Assembly: GCA_000320545.1 (NCBI GenBank) | Contig: ADNK01003121.1 | Span: 1 to 64,000 of the forward strand | Direction of reading: 5' to 3' | DNA length: 64,000 bases | Source of the DNA: Bigelowiella natans CCMP2755 | Lineage: Eukaryota > Protista > Cercozoa | Shown here: positions 1 through 12,798 of the stretch, in pieces | How the letters are laid out: each line of letters begins with the position of its first letter | Position numbering within the stretch: position 1 is the first letter of the stretch | The notes under the pieces: model-generated | The model's database searches: none | The model's input: the letters and a program-made list of their open reading frames with translations, nothing else | What the model was told of the DNA's origin: nothing | Position numbers and translations under genes: made by a program

Positions 1-1588
1 GAGGAGGATTCGGAGGAGGAGAAGGAGAAGGAGGAGGATGGGGAGGAGGAGGAGGATGGGGATTTGGAGAAGAAGAAGGAGGAGGAGGAGGAGGATGGGG
101 ATTTGGAGAACAAGGAGGAGGAGGAGGAGGAGAAGGAGGAGAAGGAGGAGGAGGAGGAGGAGGAGGAGGAGGAGGAGGAGAAGGAGGAAGGAACATAAGG
201 AAATTCCTGGAAGAGATAAAACTGGGCCAGTACATCGGTACCATCGTGGAAGATCTAGAAATCGACGAAGATCTCAAAGCGCTGTATGAAACCCTGGACC
301 TGGTTATTGACCAATGTGCGATGAAACAGGGTGAGAGCCATGATAAGCCATAATCGTTGATCACAGCATCATTGCAATGATGCTTCGTATCGTACTTGCA
401 TGCGTCTCATTCGAATGCCGTGCTCGCACAAGTCGCCACTAATTATACTACGTATGTGTACGAGATGACAAGAAAATAGTCCAGCATGGAAAGAAAGAAA
501 GCATCGTGATATTAGTAATTTGCGGTTGGTGTCTGATGAACAGAGCACGTGGCGACTCTTCGAAATGCATTGGAGGAACGGTTAGGCATCAGAGATAAGA
601 ATAACAGCGAGGAGGCCAAAGATACCACCACGGTAAGGACTTGTGGAGATGTACACACTTCGAGCACGAGCATTATTGAAATATTGAAACTGAGAGTCAC
701 TACCATCATTCTCTGATCATTTTATTTTCTGGGCGTTGGCACGGCCGCATGTATACAGACACGTATACACAAACACTCGCACATACACATACACATACAT
801 GCGTGTTCTCCAGGCAAAAGGGCCGGACAGCCTTCACAACACTAGTAGTGGCAAAGAGTTAAAAGAAAGTCAGGCGCCCTTAGGGTCGCCACCAGGGGGA
901 GCAAATCTCGGATCCTTGCAGCTATCGTCTGAATTTGATTCGTATGAGTCGTTTTCGCCGCAATTCGGGGCACAGTCCTTTGGAGGGGAAGGCTCTGCTG
1001 ACTCCCTCTTTGGTGCGGGGGCGCATAATACGCGGTACGTTTTACAAATTCCTGCTGCCCCTAAATTAGCAACTTACAGTAGAGAATCTTGACTAGTGAA
1101 CGTCTCTCAAAAATAGGTTATTTGGGCAAGATGCTGCTGTTGACCAGGGAAGTGTTGGTAGCGGCAGCAGCAGCGGGGAAGGGCATGTCTTCGGTTCTTC
1201 AGCATCAAGTGACGGCGGATCGAGCTTTGCGGCGATTAGTAGCAATGCTTCCGAGGCAAAAGCAAGCCAAAATGGGTCCGCCCATTTTGGCTGGGGAGGG
1301 GATGGTGCTGCAGCAAGCAACAATAGCAACGGGGGGGGGGGATTTGGCTGGGGGGGAGATTCTGGGGATGCAGGAGGGGATGGCGGGTTCGGTGACTCTT
1401 CTTCAAGCAATATTGGATTTGGGGAGAGTGTTGCAGTGAACAACAATAGTAATGAAGGAGGCTTTGGCTGGGGAGGAGATAATAGTGAAGCAGTCTGGGG
1501 AGGGAGCGGAGGCTTCGGTAGTTCGGAATATCCTGATGGTGAAGCTGATTTCACTAGCATGAGGGGAGGCTTTGATGATGATGATTAG
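1..1588 (+). CDS. 3' part of a multi-exon gene: Gly-rich FG/WG repeats, SAM-like domain and acidic FG/WG-rich tail (5' end outside window)
   Basis: Frame 3 from base 3 reads GGFGGGEGEGGGWGGGGGWGFGEEE...RNIRKFLEEIKLGQYIGTIVEDLEIDEDLKALYETLDLVIDQCAMKQ|EHVATLRNALEERLG, a SAM-like pattern. Phase-consistent GT-AG joins link exons at ~544-632, ~814-1034 and ~1117-1588. The last exon reads LFGQDAAV...FGWGG x3...GGFDDDD*. Confidence 0.7.
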
Positions 1589-2335
1589 ATCATTTCTGAG
1601 GCTACGTCATCTCTTAGCACGCACATTACTGTATGGAATTCAACAATTAAGGCCATACTTCGCCCAAAGAGGCAAACGGCCAAACACCAGGCGCAAGCAG
1701 CAAACCACATAGACATCGATCACAAACTAATCATGCGATATGTGTACATGATGACAAACGGCGTAGATTTGTAAATAGTTTGCGTCCGATCATTCAATTT
1801 GTCATCAATCTTCACAGGCACATGTCTAGATGTGTGTAGCATCTGACACATTGCATTGTTCATCTGTTGTCCTAGCTGACAAAGAGATGCGACACACCTA
1901 AAATTCGATCATGCATGACTGGTCTAGCTAGCCGTGCTAGCGTGCGCATTCTGACGAATGCCATGAATGAATGGATTGTGTGTGAGACGGACTAGCGGAT
2001 GTGATGAACAACCGTTGCACTTTTTAAATGATCAGCAAAACACAATGATGGCTCTAAAGCTGTGCAAAGCTAGAAAGCTTCTGCAAAAGCGCTAAAATAA
2101 AGTTGTGTTAGTTTGTTTTGACGACAACTCGCATGTCTAGATGTGCATCATACTGGCATATTTGTGACAAATTTGGCATTGCTAGATTGTCCTACATGCA
2201 TATGCATGTGTATACACATACGCATGTGTACGTCTGTGTGTACATGTGGGTGGGTGTGTTTGTGGCTGTGCACACACACCAGGATTTTCCAAGGTCTTGC
2301 TACACTCAAAAGATTCAGATTTACTACTATCCACA

Positions 2336-4947
2336 CTATACGAACAAATATTGCTTCATGATATTCTCGAGTTCTTCTGCAGCATTTGCGAATCCACGAA
2401 TCCCCTCGGCTAGCTTTTCCGTCGCCATCGCATCCTCATTCATCATGTACCTACCACAACATAGAGACAGAACAGGTGGACGATTCAACTGTCCCATTGC
2501 ACGCACAGCGGGGAGGAAGTTGACGATTGCCATTTGTCATTTGTGCACCAATTGGTTCGCGTCACCGCAACCATCGTTCAGAGAAGTATCACCAAGAAAG
2601 AATGGTATTTCTAGCCAATGCACCGCGGGCAAAGTAGAGGTAGAGGTAGACAATGTATCGAATCTAAACAGTGGATAGTCGTTAATGACTACCTGAAGGA
2701 CTTCTCATCGATTTCAATTTTTGGGATGTCCATCGAGACGCTCGAGTCTGCGCGCAGCTTTTGAGGCACGTCGTCATTGCACTCTAGCATCTGTATATAG
2801 CAAGCAGGAAACGACGCCGAGCGTATTCGTACGACGTGCGCGAAAGCGTGCAAGCTATCCGAAACGGATGAATTTGACAATGATGAAAAGAGGTATAACT
2901 GCCGCCACCACTCCTATCTTTGTAAATGCGAGGAAAGTGGCGGAAGTTCATGGAAGAAAAGTCCTCGACGAAGACAACCCGTATGGTGATAACCAATCCC
3001 TCTATTCTCCCTTCTCCCTCCCCTTAGTATCGCTGCTAGGAAGTACCTCCTGTAAGAATTTAGGCGCGATCGTAAGCTTATCACACCCTGCTAGCTCCAG
3101 AATCTGCGAGGACCGGAATACGACGAAGGGGAGGGGGAAAGGAAGATGGGAGATACTGAGACTAAGCAAGCTAAAGGCTGTTGTCTAGAAACATTTTTGC
3201 ATCCAAACGAATAGCTGTGATGATTCTCAACGCTCTCTTTTCAACATGCACTCTTCGTTGCCGTCTTTATCGTATGGGGTCCTGAAACCTGTCCTTTGTT
3301 CCTGAAAGAAGCTCCCATCACCACGGTATCTGAGCCTGCAATAGTTATAGTAAAGTAGTAGTGATGATTTGAAAATTTCTGAAACGTCCCTTCTTTGCTG
3401 CGTGTCAGAATAGAATGAAGGATACAAGTCCAGACGGCATGGTTCAAAGAAGGGATAGGTAGCGGAGTTGTAGAGGCCAGCCGAGTAGTGGGTAAGAGGG
3501 TGGAAGGAGGAAATTGCTACTAATTATTGGTGTTGATGTAGAGGTAATTCAGAAACCCCAGAAGGACAAAAGAGTACCATGCTTCTTGTAGTAGTTGAAG
3601 ATGTTCCTCACAGATTCAACGCCTGGGTCATTGACGCCATCGACGCATTTGATGCCGCTCTGGGCAGCATGCCAGTCAGTGATGCGGCCAACGAAGGGGG
3701 AGATAAGATATGCCCCTGCCGCGCACGCTGTTACAGCTTGGGCCATTGAGAACAGCAATGTGAGGTTGCAGCGGATCCCCTCGGCCTCCAGAATCTGTCC
3801 AATGTAGGGATATAGGGAGGGGGAGAGCATGAAGAAGAGGAGGAAGAAGATAATCAGATTTTCGGTGCTGATATAGGCAAGTGCCGGAGATTTTCGTCCC
3901 GAGACATGGCGGTGCATTGCTCCTGCTGCTGCTGCTGCTGCTGCTAGTGGTGATGGTGATTGCTACCTCTGCAGCCTTGATCCCCTCCCAGGTACTTGCA
4001 ATCTTGATGAGCACTTTCGAGGAGTCGATGCCTTTCTCCTTGTACATAGAAATTAGTCTTCGGGCCCGTTGCACCGTAGCTTCGGTGTCGAAGGAAAGCC
4101 GCGCGTCGACCTCCGTGCTTTCAAAGTAACATCAACTCAGCATTTTGTGCAATGCTTCCAACCAAGTCATGTTTCTGCTACTATTGGTACTACTGCCATA
4201 AAATGATGAGCTTACAAGGTCATAGTGCTGCTGCTGCTATTAGTGCCCTGCTGTATCATGGCAACCTTACTAAGCCAGGAACATGTGCTGCGATCTCAGA
4301 GCCGAAGTTGACAGCAAGGCGGTCCATTGCAAGAGCTAGTCTCTCCTCGTCGTATCCCATCCCTCGGTTCATGCTGGATGCAATAGCATACTTGACAGCA
4401 TCGAGAAGAAAGGGCTGATAATCCTCCATCTTTGTAGCACTGCAAATTGAATGTGATAATGACGATTAGTGAACGCAAGATGGGGAAAATGCTGCAACTC
4501 GTGTTCTTCCCAAGGCATTTGTCACCTTAGGATCAACGACGGATTTGTAGTGGCATCGATGGGTTTGTATTGCTTGATCGCAGCGATATCTCCCGTGTCC
4601 GCAACGACCCCAGTCATCCTCGAAATGGCATCAAATTGGCTTGTCGCAGACGCTCTTTTCTCGCCTAGATTCTCGTCACTTATTGTCGTTGTTGCTGAAT
4701 TCTTCGTGTTTGGATGCTGCTCCGTTGCACGCAGAGGATATGGAGAGAGGTTTCCCCTTGTGACAGTCAGAGCAGGTGATTTCACTCGAATATTCGGAGA
4801 ATACTGCGTTCGGGTTGCAGCAAGACGAATAGGGCCTGATGGAGGAAATTACGAATGAAATAGGTGCCCTAAAATCGGTGTGACATTGATTTCACCTTGT
4901 TAACTGAGTGGAATTATCAGGATAATTAGTACAGCCATGCAGCTCAT
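2336..4947 (-). CDS. tal: Transaldolase with putative N-terminal signal and transit-like leader
   Basis: Spliced exons give [108 protein letters not shown] and [16 protein letters not shown]. Stop at 2336. The first exon (4905-4947, [14 protein letters not shown]) is tentative. Confidence 0.96.
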
Positions 4948-5797
4948 GATCCGAGGAGGTTAAGTGAAGAGGACCGCAGGTTCGTCTCACGTGCATGGAA
5001 AGCGGAGGAGCGATCGTGGTTGGTTTCCATGTTAAAGCTGAAATAACGCATATGAATTCGTTTGAAGTTAGTCTACATATGTGCGTTGTCTTCTCGTCTC
5101 CCTTTCTTCCTACAGTATACCCAGCTGAAATGAGGTTTGCGCGAGCATCGGTAAGTCGGAAAGGGTGTCCTCGTGCCCCTCCGTGTTCTTATCAGCTTTT
5201 TATGACGTACGAATAAGAAGTAAAAACTGACTGGATTCTATCGGAGCGACAACCGCTCCCACCATATTTCCAAATAAATTCTTGAGACTCCTGTTCTGAT
5301 TGTTCAAAGATAGTCGTTACAACATTCGCAGACGATTTCCGATGTTTGGTGCGCTGGATATCCGATATTTAACGAGAAATCCCCTGGGTCTTGCTCGGAC
5401 TAGCGACGACGTACCCTTCAAGAAAAGCTGCATTGCCATTGTGGAGGAGCTCAGTTGCCTTAAAGCTGAAACAGAACGCCACTTCGTGAAGATTCGTTTG
5501 TTTGGAGTTTTCCAGGAGACCGAAACTATGCATAGAAACGCGTTGCATTTTTTGGGAAATACACAGTTGATGTAATGTCGTTGAGCATAAAAGGGAACGG
5601 GCTTTTGAGGATGACTGTTGCGATTTAGGTATTATATAGTTAGGATATTTCTTCGATAAAAAAGTATCTACTCCATATCAGCACTCAGTAGCTACTCGAA
5701 TCCCCCTCCCCCCGCTCCGACGGTAACCAAGCTAGCAAGTATACTCTCCGTGAGCTCTTGATGTATCTCCTCACTCTTTATTTATACAACTAAAGAT

Positions 5798-8700
5798 ATG
5801 ATCAGAGGGAAGAGCACTGGATGGTCACCAGGGAGTAAATGTGCGGCAGTTGTAGCTTTGTTGGTTGCCGTGGCCATGCTCGCGGCTTCATGGGTGGGAT
5901 TTGAGCAAAGAGCAAAACCCTCGTCCCCTCTTCACACGGGGCTAGTAAGATCTTCGAAATCCTTCTATAAAAGAACCTCCGGTGTATCTCGAGCTTTTCC
6001 GCCAGTTTTCCACCGCACCAGTCCCGAATCGTTGACCCCCTCGATCGGAACCTTCAGTGCATCTTCTTTGTCGACTTTCTCCCGTAGTATATTGCCATCT
6101 GTCCCTGCCCGCAGCACAGCAAAGGCGTCCTTTAACTATAAGGCGGATAGCGAAGCACTTGGTTCTTCCTCTTCTACGGCGTCATCATCGTCAGTATCAT
6201 CAGAGCGTATCGCTGACTCGAAGGAGTACCAGGCACTTCTCCACCACGCTGCAACACCGATGCCGCACTTACGAGAATTGATCCAAGATGAAAAGCGTTG
6301 TGATAAGCTCGTAGTGGAGACCAACGGCATATTTATGGATTTCTCGCGGCAGAAAATGACAGCGGAAACCCTCGATCTGCTGCTCAACCTAGCGCGCGAA
6401 GCTGGCGTGGCCGAGAAGATACAGAAGATGGGGCATGGTGTGTTGTAATAAAAAGTAGTGGTACTCGTCGTTATCATCATTTTCGTCGTGATTGTTGTTG
6501 AAGTAGTAGTGGCAGTAGTATAACTATATGAGCACCAAGCCACCAAAAAGTCGATAAGTGTCAGAAGCATAATAATATTTTACAATATATTCTTTATTTT
6601 CATCACCTTCTCATCGTTGTTTCACTACTGAAATAGGCGAGACGATGAACCCCACAGAAAACCGTGCAGTCCTCCACACGGCCTTGCGCTGTGAGGAAGG
6701 AGAGGAGTGCGAGCTGACAGAAGTGATATCTGTTATCAACCGAATCGAAGACTTCTCTGCACGCGTTCGCAGCGGGGAATGGAGCGGTGCGACCGGGAAA
6801 GCGTTGAAAAATGTCGTTGCCATTGGCATTGGAGGCAGTTATCTAGGAGCTGAATTTGTGGCGGAAGCTCTCCATTCCGATCCAATGGGCCGGGAGGGAT
6901 CGGACGGCCGACGTTTACGGTTTCTAGCGAATATCGACCCTGTAACTAAAACATAAAAATGAATAAGTTGACTATGCTGCGGCAGAGCATCCGCAGATCA
7001 TCAGATTTCCAACTTCTTTGGTGATTTTTTTCTTGTTGTAGTGTTGTAGCTGGTTTTTCGCCTCTCCCTATCATTCACCCTGTCATGATTGCCTGAACTC
7101 GCGTGAGAACGCCAGTGATTTTTTGGGCTGAAGACTGTCTCGTTTAGCACCACCATCACCGATTTCTTCCACGTACAATCCCGAAAGTTCAGAGCACGGT
7201 TTTCGACTTTTGATTTGCTCTGCTGCTGCTGCTGCGTTCTCTGTACCTCTCGAATACCCACTGCGGTTGATACATAAGGTCGGCGTAGACCGGGCACTTG
7301 AAGGCCTCGATCCTGAGGAGACGCTTGTCGTAGTGATCTCAAAGACGTTCACCACAGCAGAAACGATGCTCAACGCGCGCACGGTGCGGCAGTGGCTGCG
7401 GGACGCCATGGGCCATGATTCAGAGGAGACGGTGAGCAAGCACATGGTTGCCGTCAGCACGAACCACGAGAAGTGTGTGGAGTTTGGCATTGCGCCTGAG
7501 AACATCTTCATCTTCTGGGATTGGGTTGGAGGGCGCTACAGCGTTACGTCGGCGGTAGGACTGCTGCCGCTCTCGCTCGCGTACGGCATGGATGTGGTGC
7601 GGCAGTTTCTGAGAGGCGCTCGCAGCGTCGATAGGCACTTCATGGAAGCCCCCATTGAGAAGAACCTACCTGTGCTGCTGGGTCTCATCGCAGTTTGGCA
7701 GTCGACCTTCCAAGGATACGCCACGCGCGCGCTGATCCCTTATGCGCAAGCCTTGGCCAAGTTCGCGCCGCACGTACAGCAGATATCCATGGAAAGCAAC
7801 GGAAAGTCGGTCTCCACCTGCGGCTCTGCCATTCCATACGAATGCGCTGAGATTGAGTTTGGAGAGCCCGGCACGAACGCCCAACATTCCTTTTTCCAGC
7901 TGCTGCATCAAGGCAGGGAGGTGCCGGTGGATTTCATCGGCTTCAAACATAGCCAGACCCCCATTGAGCTTCCGGGGGAGGTCGTCTCGAATCACGACGA
8001 ATTGATGGCCAACTTCTTTGCTCAGCCTGACGCATTGGCGCTGGGGAGGACCGATGAGGAACTGCGCTCTCTCGCAACTGAGGAGGAGCTCATACCGCAC
8101 AAGGTAACATCCATCGGCAGTCTTTGTTAACCTGATGACAACGGATCCTCTAATGCGCATCAACGTATCGACTCAGCTCTGATTTCCCCTCCTTTCCCTC
8201 TTCCTCCTCCTCCTCCTCCTCCTCCTCCTCCTCCTTCTCTTCTTGCTCCTCCTGCCGTTTGCTACTTGTGTTGCTGCCTCCTGTGTGCACTACCATTTCC
8301 CCTGTTGTCGGTGCCGAAAAACAAGAGAATGCCAGGGAACCGACCCTCCACCATACTGCTCTTCGATGAGCTCAACGCCTACACAATCGGCCAGCTGCTC
8401 GCTCTGTACGAGCACAGAATTGCCGTCCAGGGCTTCATATGGGGGTACGTGTGTAACTGTGTAGAGTGAGTCTTTCCAAAACAAAGCGAAGGAAAATAGT
8501 GAGAGAAGCAAACTATTGGGCTTTATCCATGCGGCAATACCCCGCGCTCTCAATGCTGAAATATCTCGCGCATATCTTTGTGTTTTGCTGATTCTTCGAA
8601 TCGATGGAGAAGCGTAGTGCTCCAGCGAGCGATCAATGTAAATGACCAAACTTTCTCATCGCTTGCAATACTGCTGCTATGCTCTAAGAATCAATAGCTT

Positions 8701-8839
8701 TGACCAATACGGAGTGGAACTGGGCAAGGAACTTGGCAAAACTGTACGAAATCAAATCGCAGCTTCGAGGAAGGATGGGAAAGATGTCTCCGGGTTCAAC
8801 CCATCCACCACCAGGCTACTCAAACGCTACTTAGATTAA
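5798..8839 (+). CDS. pgi: Glucose-6-phosphate isomerase with bipartite (signal + Ser/Arg-rich transit-like) N-terminal extension
   Basis: Exons 5798-6437, 6637-6941, 7279-8103, 8326-8444 and 8689-8839 join in phase. Motifs: [84 protein letters not shown]. Confidence 0.98.
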
Positions 8840-9938
8840 GACTTACTTGACGATCGATAAGGCATGCGCAGAATGCTATAGAAAAAGGTGACCTGCAACG
8901 CTCTCCTACATACTGCTAATCTGCCATTGCAAGGATGCTCCAAAGAGTCCAACGTAACATTTCACATTTTAAGACATTAGAGCAAGCTCACAGCGTATTG
9001 TATGAACCAATGAGATGGATAGAGCAGAGATTGGTGGAAAAGCTTTCCATATAATTAGGCATGACATATTGTTTCTTTCGAAGACAAATCCAAAGTGGAT
9101 AGTAGTTGAATGTAAGCATCATGCTTCGTATTCTGGCAGGTACATACTACATATATATATTGCTTTGTATAGCTGAAATTTAGGAGCTGTACTTTTTGGT
9201 GCTGCCATGTACGCCTTGTAAGTGTTATGCAATGTCATCATGATAGATATGCAATATAATATATTGCTAAGTCTATTATCATCTAACAAGGCGATCCAGG
9301 TTATCGCATGCCTCCTAATTACAACTGCATCATGCTATGACCTTTTGCAGTAGTAGACCTTTGGTGCTGATATGTTAATTTATTGTGTAGCGTAGGCATA
9401 GGTACAAACGCAACATCGATCTACAAATTCGCGACACACAGCGTATAGCAAGCTAGAGAAGCAGCTGCGCGCCTGCTTATAATATGATGATAGACATGCA
9501 ATACACAATATATATAATATATATAGTGTATTGCTGTGTCTATTATAAGTATGGCTCATTATGAAATGAATCCCGCGTGTTACATGCATGCAAACATGTA
9601 CATCTGCTAGACATCATGAACGTGTCGTTATTACGTTGTACAAATACAACTAACTTAATTAAAAGTTGTGCTGTAAAAGGCAATCGCAGGCTACTATACA
9701 ACGTGACACAGCTTTGCACGCAATAGCAGCAGTATCAGTGTATGCACAGAGCTAGAGAGACCCAAGCAATATAACGAAGTCAGCAGTGCGTATGTGTCTT
9801 ATCATGCGTGCACACATACACATATCTAGATTTATATCGATTGCAGACTGATACATATGTAGCATGCAAGTTCATTATTATGTCGTCACACAACAGCTTC
9901 AAATTTATAGAGCATACATCTGTATTCAATGATGCCAT

Positions 9939-9999
9939 TTGCACAGCTACATTAGAATGACAACTGAACACATTTAACTTATTCATTACATCCGTCTCA
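9939..9999 (+). repeat. Copy of dispersed ~60-70 bp repeat (TGCACAGCTACATTAG...TTCATTACATCCGTCTCA)
   Basis: Aligns by eye with 58576-58644 and with the reverse complement of 57045-57113. Confidence 0.8.
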
Positions 10000-10179
10000 T
10001 ACGTACACATGCTTGCTAGCTTGAGCGCATCATGAGAAAACGTGCATGCTGAAACTATAGACATAGTAATATAATATGTATAATACATATCCACTGTGAA
10101 CGTATTTCATTACATCAATAATAAGGGCTACGCAGCGCTTATACGATCGATGGCTCTCACAAACCTATAATTTACTCTA

Positions 10180-10784
10180 CTAGTTCAGTGAGGGAATGTC
10201 ACATCGCAGAGAGCTTATCAAAAACAGTTTTCGATGTCCACGCCGTCCGCGTTGTGTTAGCATTATCCCTGTGCAGAGAACGATCGCAACGATTAGGTCT
10301 TTATTCTTGACAAAAATTTTACCGCAGTAGATGATGAATACGTGTCCGTCAGTCGTCACTTGCAGCGCTGCTGCAATTTCGCTTACCCGATGTTGTTGAG
10401 GAGGTCTTCTAAGAAGGAAATGCCCTGGGTGTGGTACGGCTTTTCGTACGCGTATTCCTTCCATTCGATCTGACAACGGCGTCGAGGAAACCCAAATAAT
10501 GGTGGAAATCCTTGTAAGGACTGAGGATTTACTCTCTCTCCCTCCTTTCCATTCTTCTTACTGTCTGGCATATTATTATATTTTTATTCTCAGGGTTGCT
10601 GTTGTTACCATCGACTGGTAGCAAACGACGAGAGCTTCTAAGACCTTATCCCTGACAAAAACATCGTAGAGTAGAACTCAGTGAAGGGCCACCGACAAGC
10701 GAATCATCCGCAGAAAATCAAATCATACGGGCTCTTTTTTCGTAGAATGGCGCGGGTTTTATCTACTTGCCTTCCTACTAATGT

Positions 10785-10818
<34 letters not shown>

Positions 10819-11417
10819 GCTACTACTACTGCTACTACTACTATGATTCTGCCATCATCAAGATTTGAAATCACGGAATGTTCCATTTGAATCAACATCG
10901 AATGATACTCTTCATTTTTACCCTGGAAAATCCACCAATTCCCCAAGTTTTTGGACCTGATTCGAGATGTCATCATCATCATCATCATCATCATTTGTTG
11001 CTGACTTCTATTTGCTGCTAAATACCCTTCAGATTCAAGTCGGCTACACATCTCCCCGTTTCTCACTCCAACACACCCCAACCCACGCACAAGGCCACAC
11101 ACACGCACGACGATACGGAAGCGGAAGTGCTCGAGAAGGGTTTCTTCTCATAATACCAGTATTTGGAAGAGCATGAGTTTGTCACTATGCGCAAACAAGC
11201 CTTCGTTGCCGGAATCAAATATCTCCTGTTTGTTAGTAGTAGTAGTCAGGTTGTTGTTGCGAGGGGGGCAATTGCGAGATCAATCATGGACGATGCTCGC
11301 AGCTACTGCAGCTGGTGACAGTGAAAGCTTGGCGTGTTTGCATGCAACAATAGTAGTGGCGGCAGAATGTATACCCCTGTGTTCATTCCTCTCGTCTTTC
11401 TTCTCACCTCTATCTTC

Positions 11418-11463
<46 letters not shown>

Positions 11464-12758
11464 CTCTCAGGAACCCCCCCCCCCCCCCCCCCCCCCTCCC
11501 TCCCCTGCGCCTTTTTTGTGTTGCTCTTTCTTTCTTTCTTCACCTGGATCAATTTGATAATAGGTATCTCAATGATTTCATCCGGCCTCAAGAACACCTA
11601 GATGCCGAACGACACAATTGACGATGTAAGAAAGAGCCAAAGACCTTTCTTGCTTTTCGCAAATGCGATGATGGAGACAACGAACAACCATATTCTTCTC
11701 CCGGCATTCACTGCGCTCGCTCTCACCATCATCATCATCATCATCATCATTATCACCGCCAATCTAAGATATAAATCTGATTGTGCTGTGTTTTCGGTTG
11801 TGGAAGTTGCTTTTCCACTAGGACTTCTGCCGTTCCTTTTGTCCTCCTTCCATAACCCCCCCCCCTTCCCTTTGTGTACACTCTATCACTTTTCATAACC
11901 GTCATCCTCATCATTGCCGCCAGCAGCAGCAGCAGCAGCAGAGCATTCATCATGGATAGCATTTCTCCTACCTTCGCAATAGCCTCTGACAACATCCCCA
12001 CGTGCTTATGTTGAGCTACTTTTTCGATAACTTCCTTCTTTGGGTCATGGAATTGTACCAGCGTCAGCACTCGCGGCACCAAATTCTAACAACGAGGAGA
12101 AAGAGGAGGAGGAAGAATGCCAAAGGGAAACGGGATGAGGAAAAAGAGGAAAGGAGGAGAGGGACAGCACCACACACAACGCAACAAAAAGAAGACAATA
12201 CGACTTTGCAACCGCCAACCCCGCCCTTGATGATACTTCTACTATTACTGCTATTACTACTACTACTATTACTACTGCAAGCAGGCAATCCTGAAACAAT
12301 GGCTTCTGCTTCTTACCACTATTATTGGGTATTGGTATTGCACCAAATCGGCCATCGAGTCCACCACAATATCCACGTATTTCCGCTCCTGGCACACCAA
12401 ACATCAATCTCCTCGCAACAATATCTAAGGAGGAAGCGCACCGAACTCGCGCCCAGCCTCCATTTCATTGGAATGCGCGCGTGCGCATTCGACAGAGGCT
12501 GTTTTGACGTGCCTTGACGTGGCGTGGCGTGGTGTGATGTGTGTGTTATTTGTGGCTATGAGCACATGTACTAATCGCCACCTGAAAGAACTTAGAGATT
12601 TGTTCAGTCGAAGCTCTCCCAAACAGCTGGACCAGTAGACTGGTACATTGTGTTGCTGCCGCAACCGCAGTCTTTTTTTTTTAAAATAAATGAGCGCATC
12701 ATCATCATTATCATCATTAAGGTCATCATCCTCGTGCTAATGACAACAGAGGAGAAGC

Positions 12759-12798
<40 letters not shown>

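Noticed and set aside
38-289. Poly-Arg, protamine-like ORF
   Set aside because: Wrong frame of the (GGA)n Gly-rich exon; frame 3 continues into the SAM-like domain.
1093-1560. Pro-rich 155-aa minus-strand ORF
   Set aside because: Antisense shadow of the plus-strand Gly-rich terminal exon.
5300-5575. 91-aa ORF between tal and pgi
   Set aside because: Non-ATG start, no motifs; more likely promoter or UTR sequence.
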